NCBI GenBank assembly: GCA_964291405.2
Contig: OZ219926.1
Coordinates: 4,000,001 to 4,064,000, forward strand
Source of the DNA: Thermodesulfobacteriota bacterium
Lineage (GTDB): Bacteria > Desulfobacterota > Binatia > Bin18
Length of the DNA stretch: 64,000 bases
Reading direction: 5' to 3'
Numbering within the stretch: the first letter of the stretch is position 1; each line of letters begins with the position of its first letter. Below the pieces are notes generated by a model. It was not told where the DNA came from. It ran no database searches and worked only from the letters and a program-made list of their open reading frames with translations. This document shows positions 47,418 through 56,693 of the stretch, piece after piece. Made by a program: the position numbers and the translations under genes.

Positions 47418-49969
47418 GTTGGCTGTTGTGTCGTTCCAGCCTTCGCTATTTACAGCACCATGCCTGGCAGGTCGGCCTGGCGCTGCTGGGTGTTGCCCTC
47501 GGTGTTGCGGTCGTTGTGGCGATTGACGTGGCAAACGAGAGTGCCCGTCGGGCCTTTCTGTTGGCGACGCAGAGCATCGTTGGACGAGCGACGCATCAGA
47601 TTGTTGGAGGGCCAAATGGATTATCCGAGGAGGTGTATCGCCGTTTGCGGCTGACGGGAAAAGTCCGGGCTCTTGCGCCCGTGGTAGAAAGCGATGTCGC
47701 CGCGACAGACTATCCCGGTCGGATTTTTCATTTGCTCGGGGTTGACGCGTTTGCGGAAGCTCCCTTTCGTCCGTATCTCAGTAGCGCGGATACGACTCCT
47801 GACAATGACTTTCTTGCCTTTCTGACCAGGCCGGCCACCGGCCTGATTGCTGCCCGTACTGCCCGACAGCTCGGTCTCGATATTGGAGACCGACTCAGCG
47901 TCCGGGTTGGTACCCGACACCAGGCTGTGACCCTGGTGGGCTTACTTGACCCGCGTGAGAGCCGGGTCGCCAGCGCGGTGGAGAATCTGCTCATAACGGA
48001 TATTGCCACGGCTCAGGAAATCCTGGGGCTTGTCGGCCAGTTGAGCCGGATTGATGTCCTAGCACCCGAGGGTGAAGCCGGGCACACGCTCCTGGCAACG
48101 ATTCGTCAGCTTTTGCCCGCCGGGGTAGAAGTCCTGTCGTCGCGGGGTCGTTCGCAGGCCATCGAACAGATGACACGGGCCTTCCAACTCAACCTGACGG
48201 CCTTGAGTCTGCTCGCGCTGATCGTTGGAGCGTTTCTCATTTATAACACTATGACCTTCTCCGTGGTCCAACGGCGGAGCCTGCTCGGCCTGCTGCGCGT
48301 CCAGGGCGTGACCCGCCGTGAGATTTGCCTCTTGGTTCTGGGTGAAGCCGTGTGCATGGGCGGAGTGGGGACAGTCGCCGGTATTGGTCTGGGAATTTTA
48401 CTCAGCCACGGCTTGGTGCAACTCGTGACGCGCACGATTACCGACCTGTACTTTGTCCTGACTGTACGTGAACTCGCGCTAACCCCGGTTGTGCTCGGCA
48501 AAGGCATGGTGCTCGGCATCGGGGCCAGCCTGCTGGCCGCCCTCAGGCCAGCCTGGGAAGCCACAGCAACACCCCCCCGCATGACCTTGCAGCGTTCAAG
48601 CCTGGAGACACGCGCTCGGCAAACCGCACCGCGAACGATGTTCCTGGGCCTACTAGCGCTCGCTGCCGGACTTGGCGGTCTGTGGCTATCGGGTACGAAT
48701 TTATGGCTGAGTTTCGGTTCCCTGTTTGGCGTTCTCCTCGGCTGCGTGCTGATGACACCGTTGACGACCGTTGGCTGCATCCGCCTGCTTCAACCATTGC
48801 TGAGTGCGTGGGGTGGGGTGCTCGGGCGTTTGTGCGGACGGAGCGTGGTGGCCACGCTGAGTCGGACCGCGGTGGCGATTGCCGCGCTGATGGTAGCCGT
48901 GTCCGTTACAGTCGGTGTGGGAATCATGGTACAGAGTTTTCGCCAAACAGTCGTACGTTGGCTGGAATCCTCACTCCATGCCGATGTCTATATTGCCCCG
49001 CCAAGCCTGATTGCCCGCCGGAGTGATTCCACGCTCGATCCAGCGCTGGTGCAGCGACTGGCATCCGCTCCCGATATTGAGCGGGTGAACACTTATAGAG
49101 GGCTTCAGGTCGAATCCCATCTGGGTCTCACCCAACTGGTTGCCCTTGACTTGGCGAAACGCAGCTATGCGGCCTTCACGTTTATCGCCGGTGAGCCGCA
49201 AGCCATCTGGCCGTCGTTTCAGAACGGGGCTGCGGTCATTATTTCCGAGCCTTATGCCTATCGGCACAAGCTGGGCCTCAACGACGCACTTCAACTACGC
49301 ACAGACCGGGGTGAGCACGCGTTTCGGGTCGTCGGGATTTTTACGGATTACGGCTCGGATCAAGGCATCGTAATGATGAGCCGGCGTACCTATGACCGGT
49401 GGTGGCAGGATGCAAAGGTCTCCTCCCTCGGCGTGTACGCCGCTCCGAATACCGATGTAGACCGCCTCGTCGAATCACTCCGCAGGCTGGCCGGGACAGA
49501 GCACGATGTCCTCATCCGCTCAAACCGGACTTTACGCCAAGCCTCGCTCGAAATCTTTGATCGAACCTTTACCATAACAACCGTCCTCCATTTGCTCACC
49601 ACGGTGGTGGCCTTCATCGGGGTATTGAGCGCGCTGATGGCCCTCCAGCTTGAACGGGCGCGTGAACTTGGGGTGCTGCGCGCGACCGGCTATACCCCCG
49701 GTCAGGTCTGGGGGCTTATGACCTCCCAAACCGGGTTGATGGGTCTTATTGCCGGTCTGCTGGCCGTGCCTGTCGGGATCGGACTGGCGCTAATTTTAGT
49801 CTTGGTGATTAATCGGCGCTCGTTTGGCTGGACCCTGCAAATTGAGATTGCTCCGGAGATCCTTGTGCAGGCTGTTGTAATGGCAGTGGCCGCCGCGCTG
49901 CTGGCCGGTCTCTACCCGGCCCTGCGCATGGCCCGGACCTCGCCGGCCCTGGCCTTGCGTAATGAATAA
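47414..49969 (+). CDS. FtsX/MacB-like ABC permease (AttFG-like)
   Basis: Duplicated 4-TM plus periplasmic architecture, 'IFDRTF.IT' and 'INRRSFGW'. Confidence 0.9.
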   Translation: MSWLLCRSSLRYLQHHAWQVGLALLGVALGVAVVVAIDVANESARRAFLLATQSIVGRATHQIVGGPNGLSEEVYRRLRLTGKVRALAPVVESDVAATDYPGRIFHLLGVDAFAEAPFRPYLSSADTTPDNDFLAFLTRPATGLIAARTARQLGLDIGDRLSVRVGTRHQAVTLVGLLDPRESRVASAVENLLITDIATAQEILGLVGQLSRIDVLAPEGEAGHTLLATIRQLLPAGVEVLSSRGRSQAIEQMTRAFQLNLTALSLLALIVGAFLIYNTMTFSVVQRRSLLGLLRVQGVTRREICLLVLGEAVCMGGVGTVAGIGLGILLSHGLVQLVTRTITDLYFVLTVRELALTPVVLGKGMVLGIGASLLAALRPAWEATATPPRMTLQRSSLETRARQTAPRTMFLGLLALAAGLGGLWLSGTNLWLSFGSLFGVLLGCVLMTPLTTVGCIRLLQPLLSAWGGVLGRLCGRSVVATLSRTAVAIAALMVAVSVTVGVGIMVQSFRQTVVRWLESSLHADVYIAPPSLIARRSDSTLDPALVQRLASAPDIERVNTYRGLQVESHLGLTQLVALDLAKRSYAAFTFIAGEPQAIWPSFQNGAAVIISEPYAYRHKLGLNDALQLRTDRGEHAFRVVGIFTDYGSDQGIVMMSRRTYDRWWQDAKVSSLGVYAAPNTDVDRLVESLRRLAGTEHDVLIRSNRTLRQASLEIFDRTFTITTVLHLLTTVVAFIGVLSALMALQLERARELGVLRATGYTPGQVWGLMTSQTGLMGLIAGLLAVPVGIGLALILVLVINRRSFGWTLQIEIAPEILVQAVVMAVAAALLAGLYPALRMARTSPALALRNE

Positions 49970-49983
49970 ACGGTGAGAGTTGA

Positions 49984-51189
49984 ATGAGCCTCTTTCTGCG
50001 TATCGTGGGAATCCTTCTGACGCTGGCTGTCTTGGTCTGGGCGGGGCAGTGGTATCTCGTTGGGCAAGCGCCTGACCATACGACCACGGAACCCAGGCTG
50101 TCGCTCGGCCAGGCGCTAGGTGGGGATCTGGCCGGCTTTGCTCGGGCAGACCGCCCGCGGAAATTTCGATTCCCGGACGACCATGGGCCGCATCCGAACT
50201 ATCGGACGGAGTGGTGGTATTACACCGGCAATCTGAAATCTACCGAAGGTCGCCATTTCGGATTCCAACTCACATTTTTCCGAACGGCCTTGAATGCGCC
50301 ACCAGACCGAGCTGGGCGCGCCTCGGCCTGGGGGACACAGGACGTGTATATGGCCCATTTCGCGCTGAGCGACGTAGCGGCGCACCGTTTTTACGCCTTT
50401 CAGCGTTTGAGTCGAGCGGCGTTTGGTTTGGCTGGTGCGTCGGCCGCCCCCTTTCGCGTCTGGCTCGAAGACTGGTCGGTTACCGGAGAGACGGCTGTAG
50501 GGCAGCCCGTGTCCATGCAGCTCTCCGCTGAAGAACAGGACGTGGCGCTGGACCTCAGGCTGGTGTCAGACAAGCCTATTGTCTTACATGGCCGGAATGG
50601 GCTGAGTCAGAAAGGTACTGCGGCAGGTCAGGCTTCGTATTATTATTCCCTCACCCGTCTGCGCTCGGCCGGCGTCATTCGATTGGGAGACGAAGAATTC
50701 CAGGTACAGGGGCTGAGCTGGATGGACCGGGAATGGAGTACGAGCGTGCTGGGCGACGCGCTCCAGGGCTGGGACTGGTTTGCCCTTCAGCTCACAGACG
50801 GACAAGAATTGATGGTCTATCAGGTACGCCAGCAATCGGGCGGCATCCATCCCCTCAGCAGCGGAACCCTGGTCGCCGCGGATGGGACGCCGCAGGCTCT
50901 GACCTCGGCGGACTTTCAGATTGAGGTGCTGCAAACCTGGCAGAGTCCGACTGACGGAACTGCATACCCAGCCAAATGGCGGGTGCGTATTCCGGGCGAG
51001 GCGATTGACCTGACGATTACGCCGTATATGGCTGACCAGGAAATGCACACGCTGATTCGGTACTGGGAAGGCGCGGTCCGGGCGCAGGGGACAGTGCAAG
51101 GACGCCCACTCGAAGGCGACGGCTATGTTGAACTGACCGGCTACGGTGAAAAAAAGGCGGGCTCAGCGGTGTTTGGCAGGATGTCATGA
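49984..51189 (+). CDS. AttH/CrtC-like lipocalin-fold protein
   Basis: FP.DHGPHP.YRTEWWY.TG, SWMDREWS, GWDWF and YWEG..GYVELTGY. Confidence 0.9.
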   Translation: MSLFLRIVGILLTLAVLVWAGQWYLVGQAPDHTTTEPRLSLGQALGGDLAGFARADRPRKFRFPDDHGPHPNYRTEWWYYTGNLKSTEGRHFGFQLTFFRTALNAPPDRAGRASAWGTQDVYMAHFALSDVAAHRFYAFQRLSRAAFGLAGASAAPFRVWLEDWSVTGETAVGQPVSMQLSAEEQDVALDLRLVSDKPIVLHGRNGLSQKGTAAGQASYYYSLTRLRSAGVIRLGDEEFQVQGLSWMDREWSTSVLGDALQGWDWFALQLTDGQELMVYQVRQQSGGIHPLSSGTLVAADGTPQALTSADFQIEVLQTWQSPTDGTAYPAKWRVRIPGEAIDLTITPYMADQEMHTLIRYWEGAVRAQGTVQGRPLEGDGYVELTGYGEKKAGSAVFGRMS

Positions 51190-52613
51190 GAACGGAGGTT
51201 TTTATCCGTCGGGTACACATTCCCTCGCCAGCGGCTGAGGTCTTTCAGTGGCACGCACAGCCGGGGACGTTCGAGCGCCTCACTCCACCCTGGGAGTCGG
51301 TGGAAATTGTTGAACGCAGCGGTGGGATTGAAAACGGTGGGCGAGTGGTGCTGCGTATGGGGCTTGGTCCGGTTTCCCGACAATGGGTCGCCGAACATCG
51401 TGACTACGAAGCGGGAGTCCAATTCCGAGATGTCCAAATCTCCGGGCCTTTTGCCCACTGGGAGCATACCCACCGAATTGAAGCGGACGGACGAGCGGGC
51501 TGCATTTTGGAGGATCGGATTGAATACGCGCTACCGGGCGGACGTCTGGGTCAGATACTCGGTGGTGTATGGACCAGACGAAAATTAGCGCGGCTCTTCG
51601 CCTATCGGCATGAGGTGACGTACCAGGATGTGCTTGCTCATTACCATAATCGACAGCACAATCAGTCAAACTATGGAGGAAGACCGATGAAGGTACTCGT
51701 CTCCGGTGCAAGCGGTTTGGTTGGCTCCGCGCTTATCCCTTTCCTGACAACGGGTGGGCATGGCGTCACGCGTTTGGTCCGAAAGGACAGGGCGAGTGTG
51801 GGAGACGGTGAAGTCGCCTGGTCTCCGGATACCGGCACGATTGATCGGGCCGGGCTCGAAGGGTTTGACGCGGTTGTCCATCTGGCCGGAGAGAACATTG
51901 CCTCCGGGCGTTGGACCTCCGAGCGCAAACGTCGCATTCGGGACAGCCGGGTCAATGGAACCCAGGTACTATGCGAAGCCCTGACACAATGTGCCCAGCC
52001 GCCCAAGGTCTTTGTCGGTGCCTCCGCGATTGGGTATTACGGGGATCGTGGAGACGAGACCTTGACCGAAGAGAGTGGAGCAGGGGAGGGGTTTCTGACC
52101 GAGGTCTGTCGGGACTGGGAGGCTGCTGCGGCCGGGTTGACCAATACAGAGATACGGACCGCCCTGCTGCGGATCGGCATTGTCCTCAGTCCCACCGGTG
52201 GCGCGCTGAAAAAAATGCTCTTACCTTTTCAGCTTGGTCTGGGCGGCGTTATTGGCACAGGCACACAGTATATGAGCTGTATTGCCCTGGACGACGTTAT
52301 CGGGGTGATACAGCACGCCATAACCAACGACGAGGTCAGCGGTCCGATCAATGCGGTGTGTCCCGAGACCGTGACGAATCGGGCATATACCCGGACGCTC
52401 GGCAGAGTCCTGGGGCGTCCTACACTGTTCCCGGTCCCAGCCTTTGCGGCCCGGCTTGCCTTTGGCGAGATGGCCGACACGCTGCTGCTCGCCAGCACTC
52501 GGGTTGAGCCGCGTGTCCTCATGCGGACTGGCTATGCCTTCCGCTACCCAAGTCTAGAGAGCGCCCTCCGACATGTGCTGGGCAAAGAGGCTGGGGCAGG
52601 GCGGTCCGAGTAA
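51186..52613 (+). CDS. SRPBCC + TIGR01777 (YfcH-like) NAD-dependent epimerase fusion
   Basis: N-terminal 'FERLTPPW..GPFAHWEHTH', then VSGASGLVG, HLAGE and SAIGYYG. Confidence 0.9.
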   Translation: MRTEVFIRRVHIPSPAAEVFQWHAQPGTFERLTPPWESVEIVERSGGIENGGRVVLRMGLGPVSRQWVAEHRDYEAGVQFRDVQISGPFAHWEHTHRIEADGRAGCILEDRIEYALPGGRLGQILGGVWTRRKLARLFAYRHEVTYQDVLAHYHNRQHNQSNYGGRPMKVLVSGASGLVGSALIPFLTTGGHGVTRLVRKDRASVGDGEVAWSPDTGTIDRAGLEGFDAVVHLAGENIASGRWTSERKRRIRDSRVNGTQVLCEALTQCAQPPKVFVGASAIGYYGDRGDETLTEESGAGEGFLTEVCRDWEAAAAGLTNTEIRTALLRIGIVLSPTGGALKKMLLPFQLGLGGVIGTGTQYMSCIALDDVIGVIQHAITNDEVSGPINAVCPETVTNRAYTRTLGRVLGRPTLFPVPAFAARLAFGEMADTLLLASTRVEPRVLMRTGYAFRYPSLESALRHVLGKEAGAGRSE

Positions 52614-52623
52614 AGCGTGCGAT

Positions 52624-53121
52624 ATGAGGCTGTTTTTTGATCGCATCTTTGTCTTTATAGAGACGCTTGCCGCTGGCGTCTGGATCGGAGCGTTGGTCGG
52701 GTTCGGCTTTGCCGTGGCCGGCACGGTCTTTCAGGAACTGCCCACGATTAACTTGGCCGGAAACGTGAATGCCGCGGTGCTGGCCAAGCTGAACCGCCTC
52801 GAATTTGTTGCGGCCGCGGGGATGGCCGTATCGGCGGTGTATTTCTTGCTGCGTTCTGACTGGTGGACAGCCGTGCGCTTGGTGAAGACGGTGCTCGTTG
52901 TGGTCATGGTTGCCACGCTGATCTATTACGCCTTGGTCGTGAGCGACCGGTTGGAATATCTGCGAGTCGTAGAGATCCAGGATTTTGATAATTTCGATGC
53001 AACAAAACAGAGCTTGCGAGACGAGTTTGCGCGGCTTCACCACCGCTACACCCAACTGGTGAAAGCCAACCTGGGTATGGGGGCACTATATCTCCTGCTC
53101 TCCGCGTTTGAACGGCGCTAG
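52624..53121 (+). CDS. DUF4149/TMEM205-like membrane protein
   Basis: W.G....F.VA..VF, AG.V and F..LH motifs, four TMs. Confidence 0.8.
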   Translation: MRLFFDRIFVFIETLAAGVWIGALVGFGFAVAGTVFQELPTINLAGNVNAAVLAKLNRLEFVAAAGMAVSAVYFLLRSDWWTAVRLVKTVLVVVMVATLIYYALVVSDRLEYLRVVEIQDFDNFDATKQSLRDEFARLHHRYTQLVKANLGMGALYLLLSAFERR

Positions 53122-53124
53122 GGA

Positions 53125-54132
53125 CTATGCTCTCGGCGTGAGGGAGTGGAGTGCGTTGAGGATATTGGCACGCTTTTTTGCCGGGTCGGTTTCAAATGAC
53201 TGCATTTGTAGAAAGACCGTGTCTACCCCGTTATCCAGATAGCGCTGTACCCGCGCTCTCATCTCTTCCGGTGAGCCCTGAATAAACAAGTCCTGTATGA
53301 CCTCCGGCGGCACCGCGGCCACGGCAGCCTTGCGGTCGCCGTTGGCCCACGCTTCCCACATGGGACCCAGCAGCTCCGTCCGACCCAGCCATTGGTGGAA
53401 GGCTTTATACACCGGCACATTCAAATAGGTATTGATATGCCGCCGGATGCCGGTCTCAACCGCTGGACCGGGCGGGTCAACGCTGACAAAAATCCGGGCG
53501 GTGATTTCCACTGCGTCCGGACTGCGACCGGCCGCCTGGGCCGCCTCACGCACGACGGCGACCGACTTTTTGACGTCAGTGGCGGAGAGCCAGTTGATAA
53601 TCGCTCCGTCGGCATACTGCCCGGCGATCCGCAGCATCATCGGTTTCAGCGCACCGACATGGATGGGAATAGGGTGCTGTGGCGGTCGGCTGAACCGAAA
53701 GCCTTTGACCGTAAAGGTCTCGCCCTCAAAGGTGACGCGCTCCCCGGTAAACGCTTGGCGCAGGAAGGTCAGCATTTCTCGGACTCGGACTGCCGGGCGG
53801 GCAAACTTGCCGCCGTTCCAGAATTCGACAATCGGATGCGAACCCGCGCCAATGCCCAGACAAAACCGGTTCGGGGCAAGTTCGGCCAGGCCCGCTGCGC
53901 TCATGGCCAAGGTCGCCGGCCCGCGCGTATACACATTGGCAATCGCCGAGCCCAGCCGCAGGTCGGTTGCCTGGGCAAGGGTGGCTAGTGGGGCAAAACA
54001 ATCGACGCCATCGACCTCCATGGACCAGGCATCCGTATAGCCAGCCTGTTCGGCTTCCCGCGCGATTTCAACATGTTCCGTAAGGCTGAATCCTTCCAGA
54101 GGCACCGATAGCGACCAGCGTTTCTGAGCCAT
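53125..54132 (-). CDS. LLM class, probably F420-dependent oxidoreductase
   Basis: AE.AGY..AW..E, AIANVYTRGPA, RFCLGIG and GAL.P.ML..AG..ADG. Confidence 0.88.
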   Translation of the reverse strand: MAQKRWSLSVPLEGFSLTEHVEIAREAEQAGYTDAWSMEVDGVDCFAPLATLAQATDLRLGSAIANVYTRGPATLAMSAAGLAELAPNRFCLGIGAGSHPIVEFWNGGKFARPAVRVREMLTFLRQAFTGERVTFEGETFTVKGFRFSRPPQHPIPIHVGALKPMMLRIAGQYADGAIINWLSATDVKKSVAVVREAAQAAGRSPDAVEITARIFVSVDPPGPAVETGIRRHINTYLNVPVYKAFHQWLGRTELLGPMWEAWANGDRKAAVAAVPPEVIQDLFIQGSPEEMRARVQRYLDNGVDTVFLQMQSFETDPAKKRANILNALHSLTPRA

Positions 54133-54173
54133 GTACAACTCCGTGGTAAATATCCAGTGTCGACTATACCCGC

Positions 54174-54617
54174 TCAGTCGTGTTCGATCCAGTCGATAAG
54201 ATGGTCTTCAAACGCCTCGGGTGGGACGGCATCCTCGGAGACTACTCTGCCTCGGACAGAGATGCCAGCTTGGTGGACGGTCTCGGTGCTGCCAGAGACT
54301 AGGGGGTGCCACCAGGCCAGATCCCGGCCTTCGGCCAGGCGGCGATACGCGCAGGAGTGCGGTAGCCAGCCGATCTTCTGAACATTCTCGGGCGAGAGCC
54401 GTACGCACTCGGGAACGAGTTGGGTCCGCCGCTCATACCGCTTGCAGCGACAGTGGGTGAGGTCGAGCAGCCAGCAGGCCACATTCGTATAATGAGTGGC
54501 CCCGGTCTCACTGTCCTCCAGTTTATTCAGACAGCAGCGTCCACAGCCATCGCACAAAGACTCCCACTCCTGCTGGCTCATAGCCGCGAGTGATTTTGTC
54601 TTCCAGAACGGTTTCAT
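54174..54617 (-). CDS. ycgN: YcgN family cysteine cluster protein
   Basis: [20 protein letters not shown] and WLP.SCAYR. Confidence 0.92.
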   Translation of the reverse strand: MKPFWKTKSLAAMSQQEWESLCDGCGRCCLNKLEDSETGATHYTNVACWLLDLTHCRCKRYERRTQLVPECVRLSPENVQKIGWLPHSCAYRRLAEGRDLAWWHPLVSGSTETVHQAGISVRGRVVSEDAVPPEAFEDHLIDWIEHD

Positions 54618-54619
54618 GG

Positions 54620-54685
54620 GGGGATTGGGGTTAGGGCGGGAAACCACGGGGTGTTTTCTTCCCTAACCCCCAGTTCCTAGTCCCT
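54620..54685. repeat. Inverted arrays of G/C-rich heptamers (STRR-like)
   Basis: GGGGATT-GGGGTTA-GGG ... CCCTAAC-CCCCAGT-TCCTAGT-CCCT. Confidence 0.55.
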
Positions 54686-54689
54686 TATG

Positions 54690-55079
54690 CTACGGCAACC
54701 GGGCGATGATTTTGATCTCAACCAAGGCACCCGGAAATGCCAGCTCGGTGATACCGATCGCCGTCCAAGCCGAGTAGGGGGCTTCCATGTAGTTGTCTTT
54801 GACCTTCATGAAGGTCTGGATGTTTTTTTGCAGCTCGACGTGAAAGGTCGTCATCTCGACCACATCGTCAAACGATGCGCCAGACGCCTCCAGCGTGGAT
54901 TTGACGTGTTCAAACGCCTGGGTGAACTGCGCTTCGGGATCGTCCGAAACCTTATACCCCTCGCCCACTCCGATCACGCCGGAACAGTAGAGACGATCTC
55001 CATCCTTGATTGCCGGAGCAAAATGAAAATCGTTGTAATAGGCTTCCATTCCCTTTGGGATGACAGCATCTTTGGCCAT
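54690..55079 (-). CDS. RidA/YjgF family protein
   Basis: FAPA...LYCSG, L..SGASFDDVV and WTAIG..LA....VEI. Confidence 0.9.
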   Translation of the reverse strand: MAKDAVIPKGMEAYYNDFHFAPAIKDGDRLYCSGVIGVGEGYKVSDDPEAQFTQAFEHVKSTLEASGASFDDVVEMTTFHVELQKNIQTFMKVKDNYMEAPYSAWTAIGITELAFPGALVEIKIIARLP

Positions 55080-55177
55080 ACGTTCTCCTTTCCGCTATTC
55101 GAGTTCGGCTCAGACCTTAGCATCATGTGGAAGGAGTTGAAACGGCTTGTGAGCGCGGTAGCGCTCAGTATCACATA

Positions 55178-55696
55178 TTAGGGTGTAGCCGGTTCGTCCG
55201 GCTGGGGAGCTGCCCGGAAGCTGGCAGCCCAGAGCAGAACGACGCCGCCCATTATGGCGACATCGGCGATATTGAAAATACCCGTTCGGAGTGAACCCAG
55301 ACCGAGGTTCAGAAAATCGATGACGCTGCCGTCGTGCACCAGCCGGTCAATCATATTCCCCAGTCCTCCGGCCAGGACGCACGAGAGCGCAATGAACGAA
55401 AGACGCGGAAGCTGCCATTGCACGATGAGGAAGATGGCCAAGCCCAGGAGCAGTACGGCGGTCGCAACGGTGAGCAGCCAGAAGCGTAGTTCGGGGGATA
55501 GGCTATTGCCGAGTCCGAGAAAAGCACCCTGATTCTCCGCATATTGTAGACGAACAAGGTCGTGCATGAAGGAGATGGGCAGCATTCCGCGGAGCTGTTG
55601 GGCGGCAATCTGTTTAGTGGCTTGATCGCAGCCCACGCCGGTCATGACAATCAGCACGGCCAGCAGGAACCGTGCCCGTTTGGTGACGGCTGTCAT
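55178..55696 (-). CDS. lspA: Signal peptidase II
   Basis: DQATK, NQGAF, GNMIDR, VIDF and FNIAD. Confidence 0.95.
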   Translation of the reverse strand: MTAVTKRARFLLAVLIVMTGVGCDQATKQIAAQQLRGMLPISFMHDLVRLQYAENQGAFLGLGNSLSPELRFWLLTVATAVLLLGLAIFLIVQWQLPRLSFIALSCVLAGGLGNMIDRLVHDGSVIDFLNLGLGSLRTGIFNIADVAIMGGVVLLWAASFRAAPQPDEPATP

Positions 55697-55739
55697 ACGT
55701 CTCCCATCAGCCTAGGCCGAGGCCCGAGCCGGACAGCCA

Positions 55740-56552
55740 TTAGCTGCCGGCACTGATTTGATCGATGATTTTCTGGGCATTGGCATGGCCCTGTTCGGCC
55801 GCTTTGCGCAACCAGTCGATGCCGGTGTCATCGTCCTTGGCCACTCCCCGGCCTTCCAGATACATGGCCCCCAGGTTGTACTGCGCGCCGGAATGGCCTC
55901 GCTCTGCGGCCTGGCGGAACCAATGGGCTGCTTCTGCATCGTCCTGCTCCGTGCCTCGACCGGCGAAGTAGATGGTGCCAAGATTGAACAGCGCTCCCGG
56001 ATGGGCCTGGTCTGCGGCTTTGAGGTACCAGCCTCTCGCCTTGGTCAGGTCTTGCTCCAGGCCGTAGCCGTTATCATACAGCACGCCGAGATTGTACTGG
56101 GCCTCGGCATGGCTCTCGTCAGCCGCGCTCCGTAACCAAATGGCGGCGGTGGCATAATCCTGCTCAACACCGCCGCCCTGGATATAGAGCATGCCTAGGC
56201 GGTACTGGGCTTTCGTATGTCCGCTCTCGGCCGCTTTTTGAAACCACTTGGCGGCTTCCTGCTTCGCCCGGTCGCTATTACTCCCGGCGAAATACAAGAG
56301 GCCCAGATTATATTGTGAGCCGACGTGCCCTTGCTTAGCGGCCCGGCGAAACCATCTGACGGCTTCCTTGGCGTCTTGCTCGACGTCCTCGCCTTTGACG
56401 TACATGACGCCCAGGCTGTTTTGCGCTCGGGCGCTGCCCTCTTCCGCCGCTTTTCGGACCTCATCAATGTCTGCTGCATGCCCGAACGGTTGGAAGAAGC
56501 TGAGCACTCCAAGGACCAAGCCAGCCCGAGCGAATCGTACGAGCGTTTTCAT
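55740..56552 (-). CDS. Secreted Sel1-repeat protein
   Basis: Signal peptide plus about six 36-aa 'AQYNLG.LY..G.GV.QD...A..W..KAA..G' repeats. Confidence 0.93.
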   Translation of the reverse strand: MKTLVRFARAGLVLGVLSFFQPFGHAADIDEVRKAAEEGSARAQNSLGVMYVKGEDVEQDAKEAVRWFRRAAKQGHVGSQYNLGLLYFAGSNSDRAKQEAAKWFQKAAESGHTKAQYRLGMLYIQGGGVEQDYATAAIWLRSAADESHAEAQYNLGVLYDNGYGLEQDLTKARGWYLKAADQAHPGALFNLGTIYFAGRGTEQDDAEAAHWFRQAAERGHSGAQYNLGAMYLEGRGVAKDDDTGIDWLRKAAEQGHANAQKIIDQISAGS

Positions 56553-56655
56553 AGCGCCTCCTTACGTCACACCCACCACAGATAATCAAAATGAAAGCAC
56601 GACTCAATATACTCCTGACCGGTCTGTCAACCTCGTCTCAACTCCCCGGTTCGGT

Positions 56656-56684
56656 TTGACGGCCGTCTATCCGGTCGTTAGACT
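56656..56684 (+). promoter_or_regulatory. Sigma70-like promoter for the NCS2 permease (near-leaderless)
   Basis: TTGACG-17 bp-TAGACT ends 9 nt before the ATG at 56694, with no SD. Confidence 0.45.
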
Positions 56685-56693
56685 GCCCGCCGT

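Noticed and set aside
55760-56470. Periodic ~108-nt DNA repeats
   Set aside because: They are explained by the Sel1 protein repeats.
56553-56693. Purine riboswitch upstream of the NCS2 permease
   Set aside because: The apparent promoter ends 9 nt before the ATG, leaving no leader, and no aptamer consensus is visible.
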